Source: Oscillospiraceae bacterium
Lineage (GTDB): Bacteria > Bacillota > Clostridia > Oscillospirales > CAG-272
Assembly (NCBI GenBank): GCA_015063525.1
Contig: SVTZ01000002.1
Span: forward strand, 1 to 50,564
DNA: 50,564 bases
Direction of reading: 5' to 3'
The position numbers and the translations under genes were made by a program. Below, in pieces: positions 15,282 through 23,350 of this stretch (position 1 is its first letter; every line of letters begins with the position of its first letter). The notes beneath the pieces are model-generated. The model saw only the letters and a list, made by a program, of their open reading frames with translations, did no database searches and was not told where the DNA came from.

Positions 15282-16466
15282 TTGGAAAAGAAGGAAATAT
15301 CACCCATATGCCTTGATATGATATATCTTGCCGCCTGCTCGTTTCACGGTAGGCTTCCCGAGCGAGCGCGTATTGAGGAAATGGACCTTCATGCTGTCTA
15401 TAAAATGGCAAAACGCCATTCTATGCAATCTATAGTTTACATTCTTGTATCAAAATGCGTGAAGGAATACGGCGGGGAGATTATCGACACAGAGCTTCTT
15501 TTGCGCTGGAAGCAGGATCATCACGCAACCCTCGCCCGTCTTGTCAGCTTTGATATTGAGCGCGAGCAGCTGCTTGATTTCCTTGATAAGAATGGCATTT
15601 GGTATCTCTGCCTTAAGGGTATTCTGCTTCAGCATTATTATCCCGCACTTGGTATGCGTCAGATGACCGATAACGATATTCTCGTTGACCGGGCAGGGTG
15701 TAGGAAAATTAGGGAGTATATGACCGAGCGCGGCTTTGAGGTCTATTCCTACGGCACGCACTGCCACGATACCTATATTAAGGGCGGCGTTGCGTTTGAG
15801 ATACACCGCACCTTAGCCGAGGACGGCGGGAAAACGAAGGATGCTTTCTCCTATTACGAGAACGTTAAGGACAAACTCCTGCCCGGTAAAAGAGCCGCCG
15901 AGCTTCAATTTTGCGACGAGGATTTTTATATTTATTATATCTTCCACGCCTACAAGCATTATTCCATCGCCGGTTGCGGAGTACGCACGCTGATGGATAT
16001 TTATGCCTTTCTGTCGAAAAAGGGCGATGGCCTTGATAAGGAATACCTGAACGCCGAGCTTTCCGCCTTGGGTCTTACCGAATACGAGAGGCGGTCGAGA
16101 GAGCTTGCGTTTGCGCTCTTTTCAGCCGATGCGACAGAGCAGTCAGCCGATATTCTTGCTTTAGATGATGAGCTTACCCAAATGCTTAACTACTATCTTC
16201 ACTCAGGTACCTTCGGCACGAAAAATCAGCAGATCGAAAACTCTGTTTCCGAAATATCGCGCGGTGGAGATGTGACCGTATTTACAAAGCTTCTATATCT
16301 TATAAGGCGTGTTTTTCCGGGTATGGATTACTACAGAAACTCCTACCCGAGGGCAAGCAAATTTCTCGTTACCATTCCCTTTTTATGGCTTATAAGGATT
16401 TTCCGCGGAATAGGGAAGGGAAAGAGCGTTGCAAAAGAGGTTGAACATTTAAAGGAAATAAAATAA
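15282..16466 (+). CDS. Nucleotidyltransferase-family protein (NTP_transf_5 / uncharacterised nucleotidyltransferase type)
   Basis: The core LCLKGILLQHYYPALGMRQMTDNDILVD...GFE.......HDTY...FEIH matches the PF14907-type pattern (KG..l...Yp....R...D.D.LV). TTG start at 15282 is 10 nt after AAGGAG; an alternative in-frame ATG lies at 15318. Confidence 0.7.
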   Translation: MEKKEISPICLDMIYLAACSFHGRLPERARIEEMDLHAVYKMAKRHSMQSIVYILVSKCVKEYGGEIIDTELLLRWKQDHHATLARLVSFDIEREQLLDFLDKNGIWYLCLKGILLQHYYPALGMRQMTDNDILVDRAGCRKIREYMTERGFEVYSYGTHCHDTYIKGGVAFEIHRTLAEDGGKTKDAFSYYENVKDKLLPGKRAAELQFCDEDFYIYYIFHAYKHYSIAGCGVRTLMDIYAFLSKKGDGLDKEYLNAELSALGLTEYERRSRELAFALFSADATEQSADILALDDELTQMLNYYLHSGTFGTKNQQIENSVSEISRGGDVTVFTKLLYLIRRVFPGMDYYRNSYPRASKFLVTIPFLWLIRIFRGIGKGKSVAKEVEHLKEIK

Positions 16467-16491
16467 GGGACGCGAGAAAATCGTGTCCCTT
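16465..16491 (+). terminator. Terminator hairpin ending the 12022-16466 operon
   Basis: aagggacgcga / tcgtgtccctt 11-bp stem (one G-U pair), loop gaaaa, overlapping the stop codon. Weak T-tract (ttatt). Confidence 0.55.
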
Positions 16492-16513
16492 ATTAACATA
16501 AAGTTAGAAAAGA

Positions 16514-16537
16514 GGGCAGGCTTTGAGAAGCCCGCCC
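16514..16537 (-). terminator. Terminator of the malQ-pullulanase transcript
   Basis: gggcaggctt / aagcccgccc stem (one mismatch), followed on the minus strand by tctcttttct. Confidence 0.55.
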
Positions 16538-16544
16538 TTAAATA

Positions 16545-18725
16545 TTATTTACCAATAACGTTGACGTTAACTAGAACGATCGCGCTGTAAGCAGGAATGG
16601 TCACATTCGTGCAAGCACCGTCAAGGAGATTGGTTGCTCCTGCCTGAGTTCCGTCGCAAACGAGATAGTACTCGCCGTCCGCGGTATATTCATACGTCTC
16701 CTCGGTGGGGTTAAGGACGATAACAGCCTTTCCGCCCATATGGTTGTCAATAACAACAGATGCTCTCGCGGTGTTTCCAATTGTAGAACCGGTTATAGCG
16801 GTATTGTTGTCTGTGAAGATGTCAAATGACTTTCTCATCTCAATAAGACCCTTGTAGTACTGAAGCATATTGTACTCATTAGTACCGTCGCTCAGCACGT
16901 TCCAATTGATGTTGTTAACCTCGTCGCTCGATTTATAGCTGTTTCGGTCGTAGCAGCCGTTGCCGTCGGGCTTGGTGCGGAGCATTTCCTCGCCTGCCTG
17001 AAAGAATACTATACCCTTGGAGATCATAAGGATGGTGGCACCAAGTCGGTTCATCGCCATTCTGTCCTCAACCGAGTTGGTTTCGTTGGAGAGAATAAGC
17101 TTATCCCAAAGGGTGTTGTTATCGTGAGCAGACATATAGTTAACTACCATAGCATCCTTTACGGTCCAGCTTGCGCCCGTGCCTGCGCCTCCTCTGATTC
17201 CGAAGAGAACGGAAGGGAATGCGCCTGAGCCGATTCCGCTGATGTAGCCCTTTGATGTATCGTTGAATACGCTGCCCTTAAGACCGTCACGTATCGCGTC
17301 GTTAAATACTGCTATGCCGCCGATAGCACTCTCGAAGGGAATGATATTCTTGATCTGGCTTTGGTTAGCCATTGCGCTTCCGTCTATCGTAGCGCCCATA
17401 GTCCAACCTTCGCCGTAGATTAGTGCCTGGGGATTTATGGTGTGAACTGCGGTCTCAACCTCCTGCATAGTATGGAGATCGTGGAGACCCATAAGGTCGA
17501 AGCGTAGTCCGTCAAGGTGGTATTCTTTCATCCAGTAGCCGGTGGAGTCAACCATAAACTTACCGTACATATATCTCTCGGATGCGGTGTCGTTGCCACA
17601 GCCGGATGCGGAGGATTTTGCCCCCGATGCGTTGTATCTGTAGTAATAGTAAGGAACGATCTTGTTTAAGCCGGAGTTAGCATCGTAGGTGTGGTTATAA
17701 ACAACGTCCATAACAACACCGATTCCAGCAGCGTGAAGAGCCTGAACCATTCTTTTGTATTCTCTGATTCTCACTTCACCGTTATATGGATCGGTGGAGT
17801 AGCTTCCATCGGGAACATTGTAGTTTTTGGGATCGTACCCCCAGTTGAACTGGCTGTCGGGATTTGCTTCATCTACGGTTGCGTAATCACAAACAGGAAG
17901 AAGTTGAACGTGGGTGATACCAAGCTTAACGAGATAATCAACGCCAACGCTCTCTCCGTGCTCGTTTATAAGACCTCTTTCGGTGAAGGAAAGGTACTTT
18001 CCCTTATACTTGGAGAGAGAGATCTTGTTGGAGAAGTCTCTTATGTGAACCTCCCAGATGATAGCATCGGAGTAGCTTTTGATTTCGGTGGAGAAGTCTG
18101 CGTCCTCTTCCCATCCCTCGGGATTGGTGAGAGAAAGGTCGACTACCATTCCGCGGTTTCCGTTAAGGCCTGCAGCCTTTGCATAAGGGTCAACAGCCTC
18201 CTGAGTGCCGACAGAGGTGGTAACGGTGTAGGTGTAATATGTGCCGTGTCCGCAGTTCGCGCTGTGGGACCAGACGCCCTTGCCGCCCTTTTTCATTTCA
18301 ACCTGCTCGTAAGCAGTGCCATTGTGGCCCGACTCGAAGAGATTAAGCACAACCTTGGATGCAGTGGGTGCCCATACCTTGAAGGTGGTCTTGTCGCCTT
18401 TAATTATAGCACCCAGATCGTCGCCGTTATAGTTGTAGGTGTTCTTGAATTCCGCAGTGTCAAAGATCTTCGTGGGGACGACGTTCTTCTCTCCATAGCC
18501 CTCGAGAAAAACACGGTAGGTCTTAGAGACATCAAGAGTTTCCTTGATCTCAATACTGCCGGTTATATCCTCTTTACCCATATTGGTTATGTTAAGAATT
18601 GTCAGTTCCTTTTCACCCTCGTATACCTTTATCTGGCTATACTTGGTAATCGCAGCCTTGGGAGTAATTGTGTATTCGATGTGATGGAAATCTATCATTC
18701 CCGCCAGGGAGAATTTCTTTGTCAT
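16545..18725 (-). CDS. pulA: Type I pullulanase (GH13, with N-terminal CBM41/CBM48-like modules)
   Basis: Conserved GH13/pullulanase regions: YNWGYDPKNY, GIGVVMDVVYNHT, LDGLRFDLMG, IYGEGW, YMSAHDN. Confidence 0.9.
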   Translation of the reverse strand: MTKKFSLAGMIDFHHIEYTITPKAAITKYSQIKVYEGEKELTILNITNMGKEDITGSIEIKETLDVSKTYRVFLEGYGEKNVVPTKIFDTAEFKNTYNYNGDDLGAIIKGDKTTFKVWAPTASKVVLNLFESGHNGTAYEQVEMKKGGKGVWSHSANCGHGTYYTYTVTTSVGTQEAVDPYAKAAGLNGNRGMVVDLSLTNPEGWEEDADFSTEIKSYSDAIIWEVHIRDFSNKISLSKYKGKYLSFTERGLINEHGESVGVDYLVKLGITHVQLLPVCDYATVDEANPDSQFNWGYDPKNYNVPDGSYSTDPYNGEVRIREYKRMVQALHAAGIGVVMDVVYNHTYDANSGLNKIVPYYYYRYNASGAKSSASGCGNDTASERYMYGKFMVDSTGYWMKEYHLDGLRFDLMGLHDLHTMQEVETAVHTINPQALIYGEGWTMGATIDGSAMANQSQIKNIIPFESAIGGIAVFNDAIRDGLKGSVFNDTSKGYISGIGSGAFPSVLFGIRGGAGTGASWTVKDAMVVNYMSAHDNNTLWDKLILSNETNSVEDRMAMNRLGATILMISKGIVFFQAGEEMLRTKPDGNGCYDRNSYKSSDEVNNINWNVLSDGTNEYNMLQYYKGLIEMRKSFDIFTDNNTAITGSTIGNTARASVVIDNHMGGKAVIVLNPTEETYEYTADGEYYLVCDGTQAGATNLLDGACTNVTIPAYSAIVLVNVNVIGK

Positions 18726-18781
18726 TGTTTGTTCGCCTTTGCTGTTGGGATGATTATTTTAAAGGATAAAACTTATAACAC

Positions 18782-20293
18782 TTATTTAACCGCGCGTCCG
18801 TTTCGCTCGGTCATTTCCTTGATCTTTCTCGTGAGAGAGGGGGTTCTGTATCTCTTGGACAGACGCCAGTTCCAGTTGCCCTCCGCAACTGCGGGAGTAT
18901 TGATTCTACCCTCATCGTTGGTAAGCTCAAGATAGTCCTGTATAGGAATTACCGCAAGGCCTGCACGGCTTGACATAGCAAGTTCAATCAGGTCGTAGGT
19001 GCGGCTCTGCCCGGGGATGGAGGGACACTCCTTCCTGAAGCGTCGCTTGGCTTCGCCTGAGAGGTTTTTCGACCAGGTTTTGGTGCAGTCGGAATCGTGA
19101 GAACCGGAGTAAACTACACAATTGGAGTGAGGATACATTCTGGGAAGATACTCCGAGTCGTCATCAAAGAAAGCAAACTGAAGTATCTTCATTCCGGGAA
19201 AACCGCAGTCGTCAAGAAGCTCGCGCACGTCGGAGGTGATAAAGCCAAGGTCTTCAGCGATGATCCTCGCCTTGGGGAAGTTTTTCGCTATCGTCCTGAA
19301 CAGGGAAATGCCCGGAGCAGGATCCCACTTGCCGTTTCTTGCGGTTGTTTCGCCGTAAGGAATATTATAGTATCCAGCAAAGCCTCTGAAATGATCTATG
19401 CGGAGAATGTCGTATAGCTTAAAGCTCTCTTGCACTCTCCTTTGCCACCAGGAGAAGCCGTCGGTCTCCATAAATGCCCAGTCGTAAATGGGGTTACCCC
19501 AAAGCTGACCGTCGGGAGAGAAGCCGTCGGGAGGACAGCCGGCAACAACTGTGGGATTGAAATTCTCGTCAAGCAGGAACTGCTCGGGAGCTTGCCATAC
19601 ATCCATACTGTCGTGGGCAACGTAGATAGGCATATCTCCGATTACTACTATACCCTTGGAATGGGCATATGAAAGGAGAGCCTGCCACTGATTGCTGAAT
19701 TCGTACTGTATCCAGATCCAGAAGCCGCACTCGGCTTCAAAATCGCCTCTCTTGGCTCTCGCCTGCTTTACGTCCTTGTGCTCGTCTGCCCAGGAGGTCC
19801 ATACTTCGTAGCTATAATGAACCTTCAGCGCCATAAAGAGCGAGTAGTCGTTAAGCCAATGTGAGTTCTTTCTGACGTAAGCTTTATATTTAGGGGACGT
19901 ATCACTCTTTTTGTCAATAAATCTTTCGTATGCCTTTCGAAGCACTACGTATCTTGTGTTAAATAGCCAACCATAATCGACCCTTAAGGTGTCGTGTATG
20001 TTTTCTTTAAGCTCATCCTTTGTAAGAAGCCCTTCCTTGGCAAGAATTTCAAGGTCGATAAAGTAGGGATTGCCTGCGATCGACGCGGGTGATTGATATG
20101 GACTGTCACCGTAGGAAGTAGGGTTGAGAGGTAAAACCTGCCAACACTTCGTCCTTGTATCAAATAGAAAATCCACGAAATCGTATGCGCTTTTACCGAA
20201 GGAGCCGATTCCGTATGGAGAGGGCAGGGAACTTATAGGCATTAAAATTCCGCTTTTGTGTCGGAAGCTGAAATTAGTTTGTAGGTTATTCAT
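18782..20293 (-). CDS. malQ: 4-alpha-glucanotransferase (amylomaltase, GH77)
   Basis: GH77 motifs: SPYGIGSFG, QVLPLNPT..DSPYQS, GDMPIYV, LRIDHFRGF, IIAEDLG, SGSHD. Confidence 0.9.
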   Translation of the reverse strand: MNNLQTNFSFRHKSGILMPISSLPSPYGIGSFGKSAYDFVDFLFDTRTKCWQVLPLNPTSYGDSPYQSPASIAGNPYFIDLEILAKEGLLTKDELKENIHDTLRVDYGWLFNTRYVVLRKAYERFIDKKSDTSPKYKAYVRKNSHWLNDYSLFMALKVHYSYEVWTSWADEHKDVKQARAKRGDFEAECGFWIWIQYEFSNQWQALLSYAHSKGIVVIGDMPIYVAHDSMDVWQAPEQFLLDENFNPTVVAGCPPDGFSPDGQLWGNPIYDWAFMETDGFSWWQRRVQESFKLYDILRIDHFRGFAGYYNIPYGETTARNGKWDPAPGISLFRTIAKNFPKARIIAEDLGFITSDVRELLDDCGFPGMKILQFAFFDDDSEYLPRMYPHSNCVVYSGSHDSDCTKTWSKNLSGEAKRRFRKECPSIPGQSRTYDLIELAMSSRAGLAVIPIQDYLELTNDEGRINTPAVAEGNWNWRLSKRYRTPSLTRKIKEMTERNGRAVK

Positions 20294-20351
20294 ATTGATG
20301 CAGGCCCTTTCGCCTTTTTTGCGTTACCGAGCAGGTGCTCGATCCTATAAT

Positions 20352-20380
20352 ATTTTATCATCTAAATGCGTTATTGTCAA
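20352..20380 (-). promoter_or_regulatory. Sigma-A promoter for malQ-pulA
   Basis: Minus strand: TTGACA (forward tgtcaa 20375-20380), 17 nt, TAAAAT (forward atttta 20352-20357). Confidence 0.55.
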
Positions 20381-20545
20381 CATCATTATATTAAATATAA
20401 AGCATTTGGAAACTATATTTATTCCCTTGTTTTTTATTTGATTTGTATTAATTATACCTTGATGAAAAACTAAATATAACAAATCGGGATCATAAAGAGT
20501 GACATCTCCTAAGTAAAACCCAAAACGGATTTGCAAATATTTTCA

Positions 20546-20574
20546 TTGATTTTCTTGTCGTTTTATGATATAAT
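20546..20574 (+). promoter_or_regulatory. Sigma-A promoter for the DHH-DHH-surE operon
   Basis: TTGATT (20546-20551), 17 nt, TATAAT (20569-20574). The leader carries a 7-bp GC hairpin cgagccg/cggctcg at 20594-20611, just before the RBS. Confidence 0.55.
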
Positions 20575-20624
20575 ATTTAAGTTAAAGATGTATCGAGCCG
20601 TGCGCGGCTCGGAAAGGATTTGAA

Positions 20625-21563
20625 ATGTTTGAAAAAATAATTGAGCTTATAGAGAAATACGACAGAATAATAATCCATCGACATAAAAATCCCGACGGTG
20701 ACGCCATCGGAAGCCAGATGGGACTTTATCATATTATAAAGGACACCTATCCCGAAAAGGAGGTTTATGCTGTCGGCGATCTGACACCGCGTTATGCTTT
20801 TATGCTGACTCGTCCCATAGATGAGATCGGTGACGAGCTATACGCGGGCGCTTTGGCAATTATTCTTGACACCTCTGCAAGGAGCCTCATCTCGGATGAG
20901 AGATACACTATTGCCGAGGCTACTGCAAGAATGGATCATCACCTTTTTGTTGAAAAAATTGCCGACGAGGAGGTAGTATGTACGTCATACGAAAGCTGTG
21001 CAGGTCTCGTTGCGGCGATGGCCAAGGAGTGTGGTCTCACCGTTTCCTCTGCTGCGGCAAAGGCGCTTTTCACCGGTATTATTACCGATTCCGGCCGTTT
21101 CAGATACGATTCCACAAGCTCCGAGACCTTCCGTATCGCATCATTCCTTATGGAACGTAAATTCGACACTTCCGACATCTACAAGAATCTTTACGCAGAC
21201 GAGCTTTCCTTCATTCAGCTCCGCGCAAAATTCGTGCTTAAAATTCAGCTAGCCACAAAGAAGGTTGCTTTTATTTATACCGATAAGGCTGAGGCGGAAA
21301 GCTACGACGCGGACTCCTTCACTATCTCTCGCGGTATGGTAAACGTTATGGGTGAGATACGCGGAGTAGAGAGCTGGGTCAACTTTACCGAGTCCGACGG
21401 AGGCGTTCTCTGCGAGATTCGCTCGAATACACATAATATCAACCCAATCGCGGTAAAATACGGCGGAGGCGGCCATCAGAAGGCCAGCGGCGCAACCCTT
21501 AAGGACCGCGGCGAGGCAATGGCACTTCTTGCTGATCTAATAGCACAGACCGAGGAGGTGTAA
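20625..21563 (+). CDS. DHH/DHHA1-family phosphoesterase, NrnA-like (nanoRNase / pAp phosphatase type), paralog 1
   Basis: HRHKNPDGDAIGS (DHH motifs I and II), ILDTS, DHH, and the C-terminal GGGHQKASGA DHHA1 motif; 312 aa. Confidence 0.8.
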   Translation: MFEKIIELIEKYDRIIIHRHKNPDGDAIGSQMGLYHIIKDTYPEKEVYAVGDLTPRYAFMLTRPIDEIGDELYAGALAIILDTSARSLISDERYTIAEATARMDHHLFVEKIADEEVVCTSYESCAGLVAAMAKECGLTVSSAAAKALFTGIITDSGRFRYDSTSSETFRIASFLMERKFDTSDIYKNLYADELSFIQLRAKFVLKIQLATKKVAFIYTDKAEAESYDADSFTISRGMVNVMGEIRGVESWVNFTESDGGVLCEIRSNTHNINPIAVKYGGGGHQKASGATLKDRGEAMALLADLIAQTEEV

Positions 21564-21564
21564 T

Positions 21565-22554
21565 ATGCATTACGAAAATTACGAGACAAAAAAGAGAATA
21601 CTTGATAAAATAAAAGAATACGGCAGAATATTGATATTCCGTCATAAGCGCCCTGATGGTGATGCCACAGGCTCAACTAAGGGTCTGCAGAGAATTCTCA
21701 AGCTTACCTATCCCGAGAAGGAAATACTGCTTCAGAACTGTGATTTTGCTGACTATATGGCCTTTCTCGGTGGTGAGGATGAGCTTATTCCCGATGAAAA
21801 ATACGCCGATGCTCTTGGTATCGTAATTGATACCGGTACAGAGGAGAGGATATCTAACCGGAAATTCAGTCTTTGCAAGGAGCTTATTAAAATTGACCAT
21901 CATATCAATATCGCTCCTTATGGAGATCTTATGTGGGTGGAGGAGGAGAGATCCTCGGCCTGTGAGATGATAGCAGACTTTTATGCCACCTTTAAGGACG
22001 AGCTTAAGATCGACACCGAGGCCGCAACATATATTTATTGCGGTATGGTAACCGACTCCGGCCGTTTCCGCTTCCGCAGCGTTTCGGGCGATACTATGCG
22101 CCTTGGAGGTATGCTTCTTGACCTTAATATTGACGTTGACACCCTTTATGCCAACCTTTATATGAAGGAGTTTAACACCTTTAAGTTCGAGTCCTATGCT
22201 TACGGTAAGATGCAGATTACCGAGAACGGTGTTGCATATCTACACGTTACTAAGGAAATGCAGGAGGAGTTTGGTCTTTCACAGGAGGACGCCAGCGCAT
22301 CTGTTTCGCTTATGGACTCCATTAAGAACAGCCTTATTTGGCTCGCTTTTATCGACAACGACGACGGCAGCATCAGAGTACGCTTGCGCTCTCGCTTTGT
22401 TACAATTAACTGTATCGGCGAGAAGTACTCGGGCGGAGGACATGCCTGCGCCGCGGGTGCTACCGTTTACTCGGTGGAGGAGATGAATTCGCTTATCGCC
22501 GATGCCGACGCGCGCCTTAAGGAATATAAGGAAAATAACGAGGGCTGGCTATGA
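21565..22554 (+). CDS. DHH/DHHA1-family phosphoesterase, NrnA-like, paralog 2
   Basis: FRHKRPDGDATGS, VIDTG, DHH, GGGHACAAGA. Starts 1 nt after the paralog 1 stop, with GAGGAGG inside the end of the upstream gene. Confidence 0.8.
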   Translation: MHYENYETKKRILDKIKEYGRILIFRHKRPDGDATGSTKGLQRILKLTYPEKEILLQNCDFADYMAFLGGEDELIPDEKYADALGIVIDTGTEERISNRKFSLCKELIKIDHHINIAPYGDLMWVEEERSSACEMIADFYATFKDELKIDTEAATYIYCGMVTDSGRFRFRSVSGDTMRLGGMLLDLNIDVDTLYANLYMKEFNTFKFESYAYGKMQITENGVAYLHVTKEMQEEFGLSQEDASASVSLMDSIKNSLIWLAFIDNDDGSIRVRLRSRFVTINCIGEKYSGGGHACAAGATVYSVEEMNSLIADADARLKEYKENNEGWL

Positions 22555-23273
22555 GAATTCTTATAACCAACGACGATGGAATTAATGCGGAGGGCATTCG
22601 CGTTCTTGCCGAATGGGCTAAAACTAAAGGTGAGGTCACCGTTGTCGCTCCCAAGGTGGAGCAAAGCGGCAAGAGCCACGCTATCGACTTCACAAGACCG
22701 ATTGAGATTAAAAAGGTAGCGCTTATGGATGGCATCGAGGCCTATTCTATGGATTCCACTCCTGCGGATTGTGTACGTTTCGCCTATCTCGGCCTTAAGG
22801 GTAAGTACGACATTCTCTTCTCAGGCGTAAACCGCGGGTTTAATCTCGGTAAAGATATAGTTTATTCGGGTACTGCGGGCGCGATCTTCGAGGGTGGAAG
22901 GCTCGGAATTCCCGGCATCGCCTTCTCCACCGACCCGAAAAGCTTTGACGCCGCACGTAAATATCTTGAGAAGGCATATAGCTTTACTATGGACAACCAG
23001 CTTCTTGATAAAAATATGCTATACAACGTAAATATTCCTGACTGTGACGGTGAGATCAGAATCACAAAGCAGGGCGGAATTTATTTCGAGGATGAGTTTA
23101 AGTATCTTGGTAAGGATATGTGGGAGCAGACAGGGCATATCGTTAACCAAAACGAGGGTAATGATAACTTTGATACCGACACTGTAAGGAATGGATTTAT
23201 CTCAGTAACCCCGCTTATGTGTGGCAGAACTAATATGACGGTTTTTGAAGAAATTAAGGGATTATGTAAATAA
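22551..23273 (+). CDS. surE: 5'/3'-nucleotidase SurE
   Basis: Canonical N-terminus MRILITNDDGI, GxNxG (SGVNRGFNLG) and YSGTAGA motifs. ATGA overlap with the upstream stop. Confidence 0.9.
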   Translation: MRILITNDDGINAEGIRVLAEWAKTKGEVTVVAPKVEQSGKSHAIDFTRPIEIKKVALMDGIEAYSMDSTPADCVRFAYLGLKGKYDILFSGVNRGFNLGKDIVYSGTAGAIFEGGRLGIPGIAFSTDPKSFDAARKYLEKAYSFTMDNQLLDKNMLYNVNIPDCDGEIRITKQGGIYFEDEFKYLGKDMWEQTGHIVNQNEGNDNFDTDTVRNGFISVTPLMCGRTNMTVFEEIKGLCK

Positions 23274-23292
23274 CTATAGTCAAAAAACAACA

Positions 23293-23326
23293 AAAGACGG
23301 AAGATTTTCATCCTCCGTCTTTTTTA
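23293..23326. terminator. Bidirectional terminator between surE and the RNase gene
   Basis: aaagacgga...tccgtcttt stem followed by tttttta; A-rich on the other flank. Confidence 0.7.
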
Positions 23327-23350
23327 TATGCCTTAGTTTTGGGTTTGATA

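Noticed and set aside
13626-16466. Calling the cassette a conventional lasso-peptide biosynthetic gene cluster.
   Set aside because: No Asn-synthetase-like cyclase (C) or transglutaminase-like protease (B2) ORF exists anywhere in the 50 kb window. The peptide also has Thr at -1 rather than -2 relative to the candidate Gly1. I therefore report it as an orphan RiPP-like system, not as a lasso cluster.
20294-20624. A catabolite-responsive element (cre) or LacI/MalR operator in the malQ / DHH divergent promoter region.
   Set aside because: I could not find a convincing match to the TGWAANCGNTNWCA-type palindrome by eye. Only the two promoters and a small GC hairpin are supportable.
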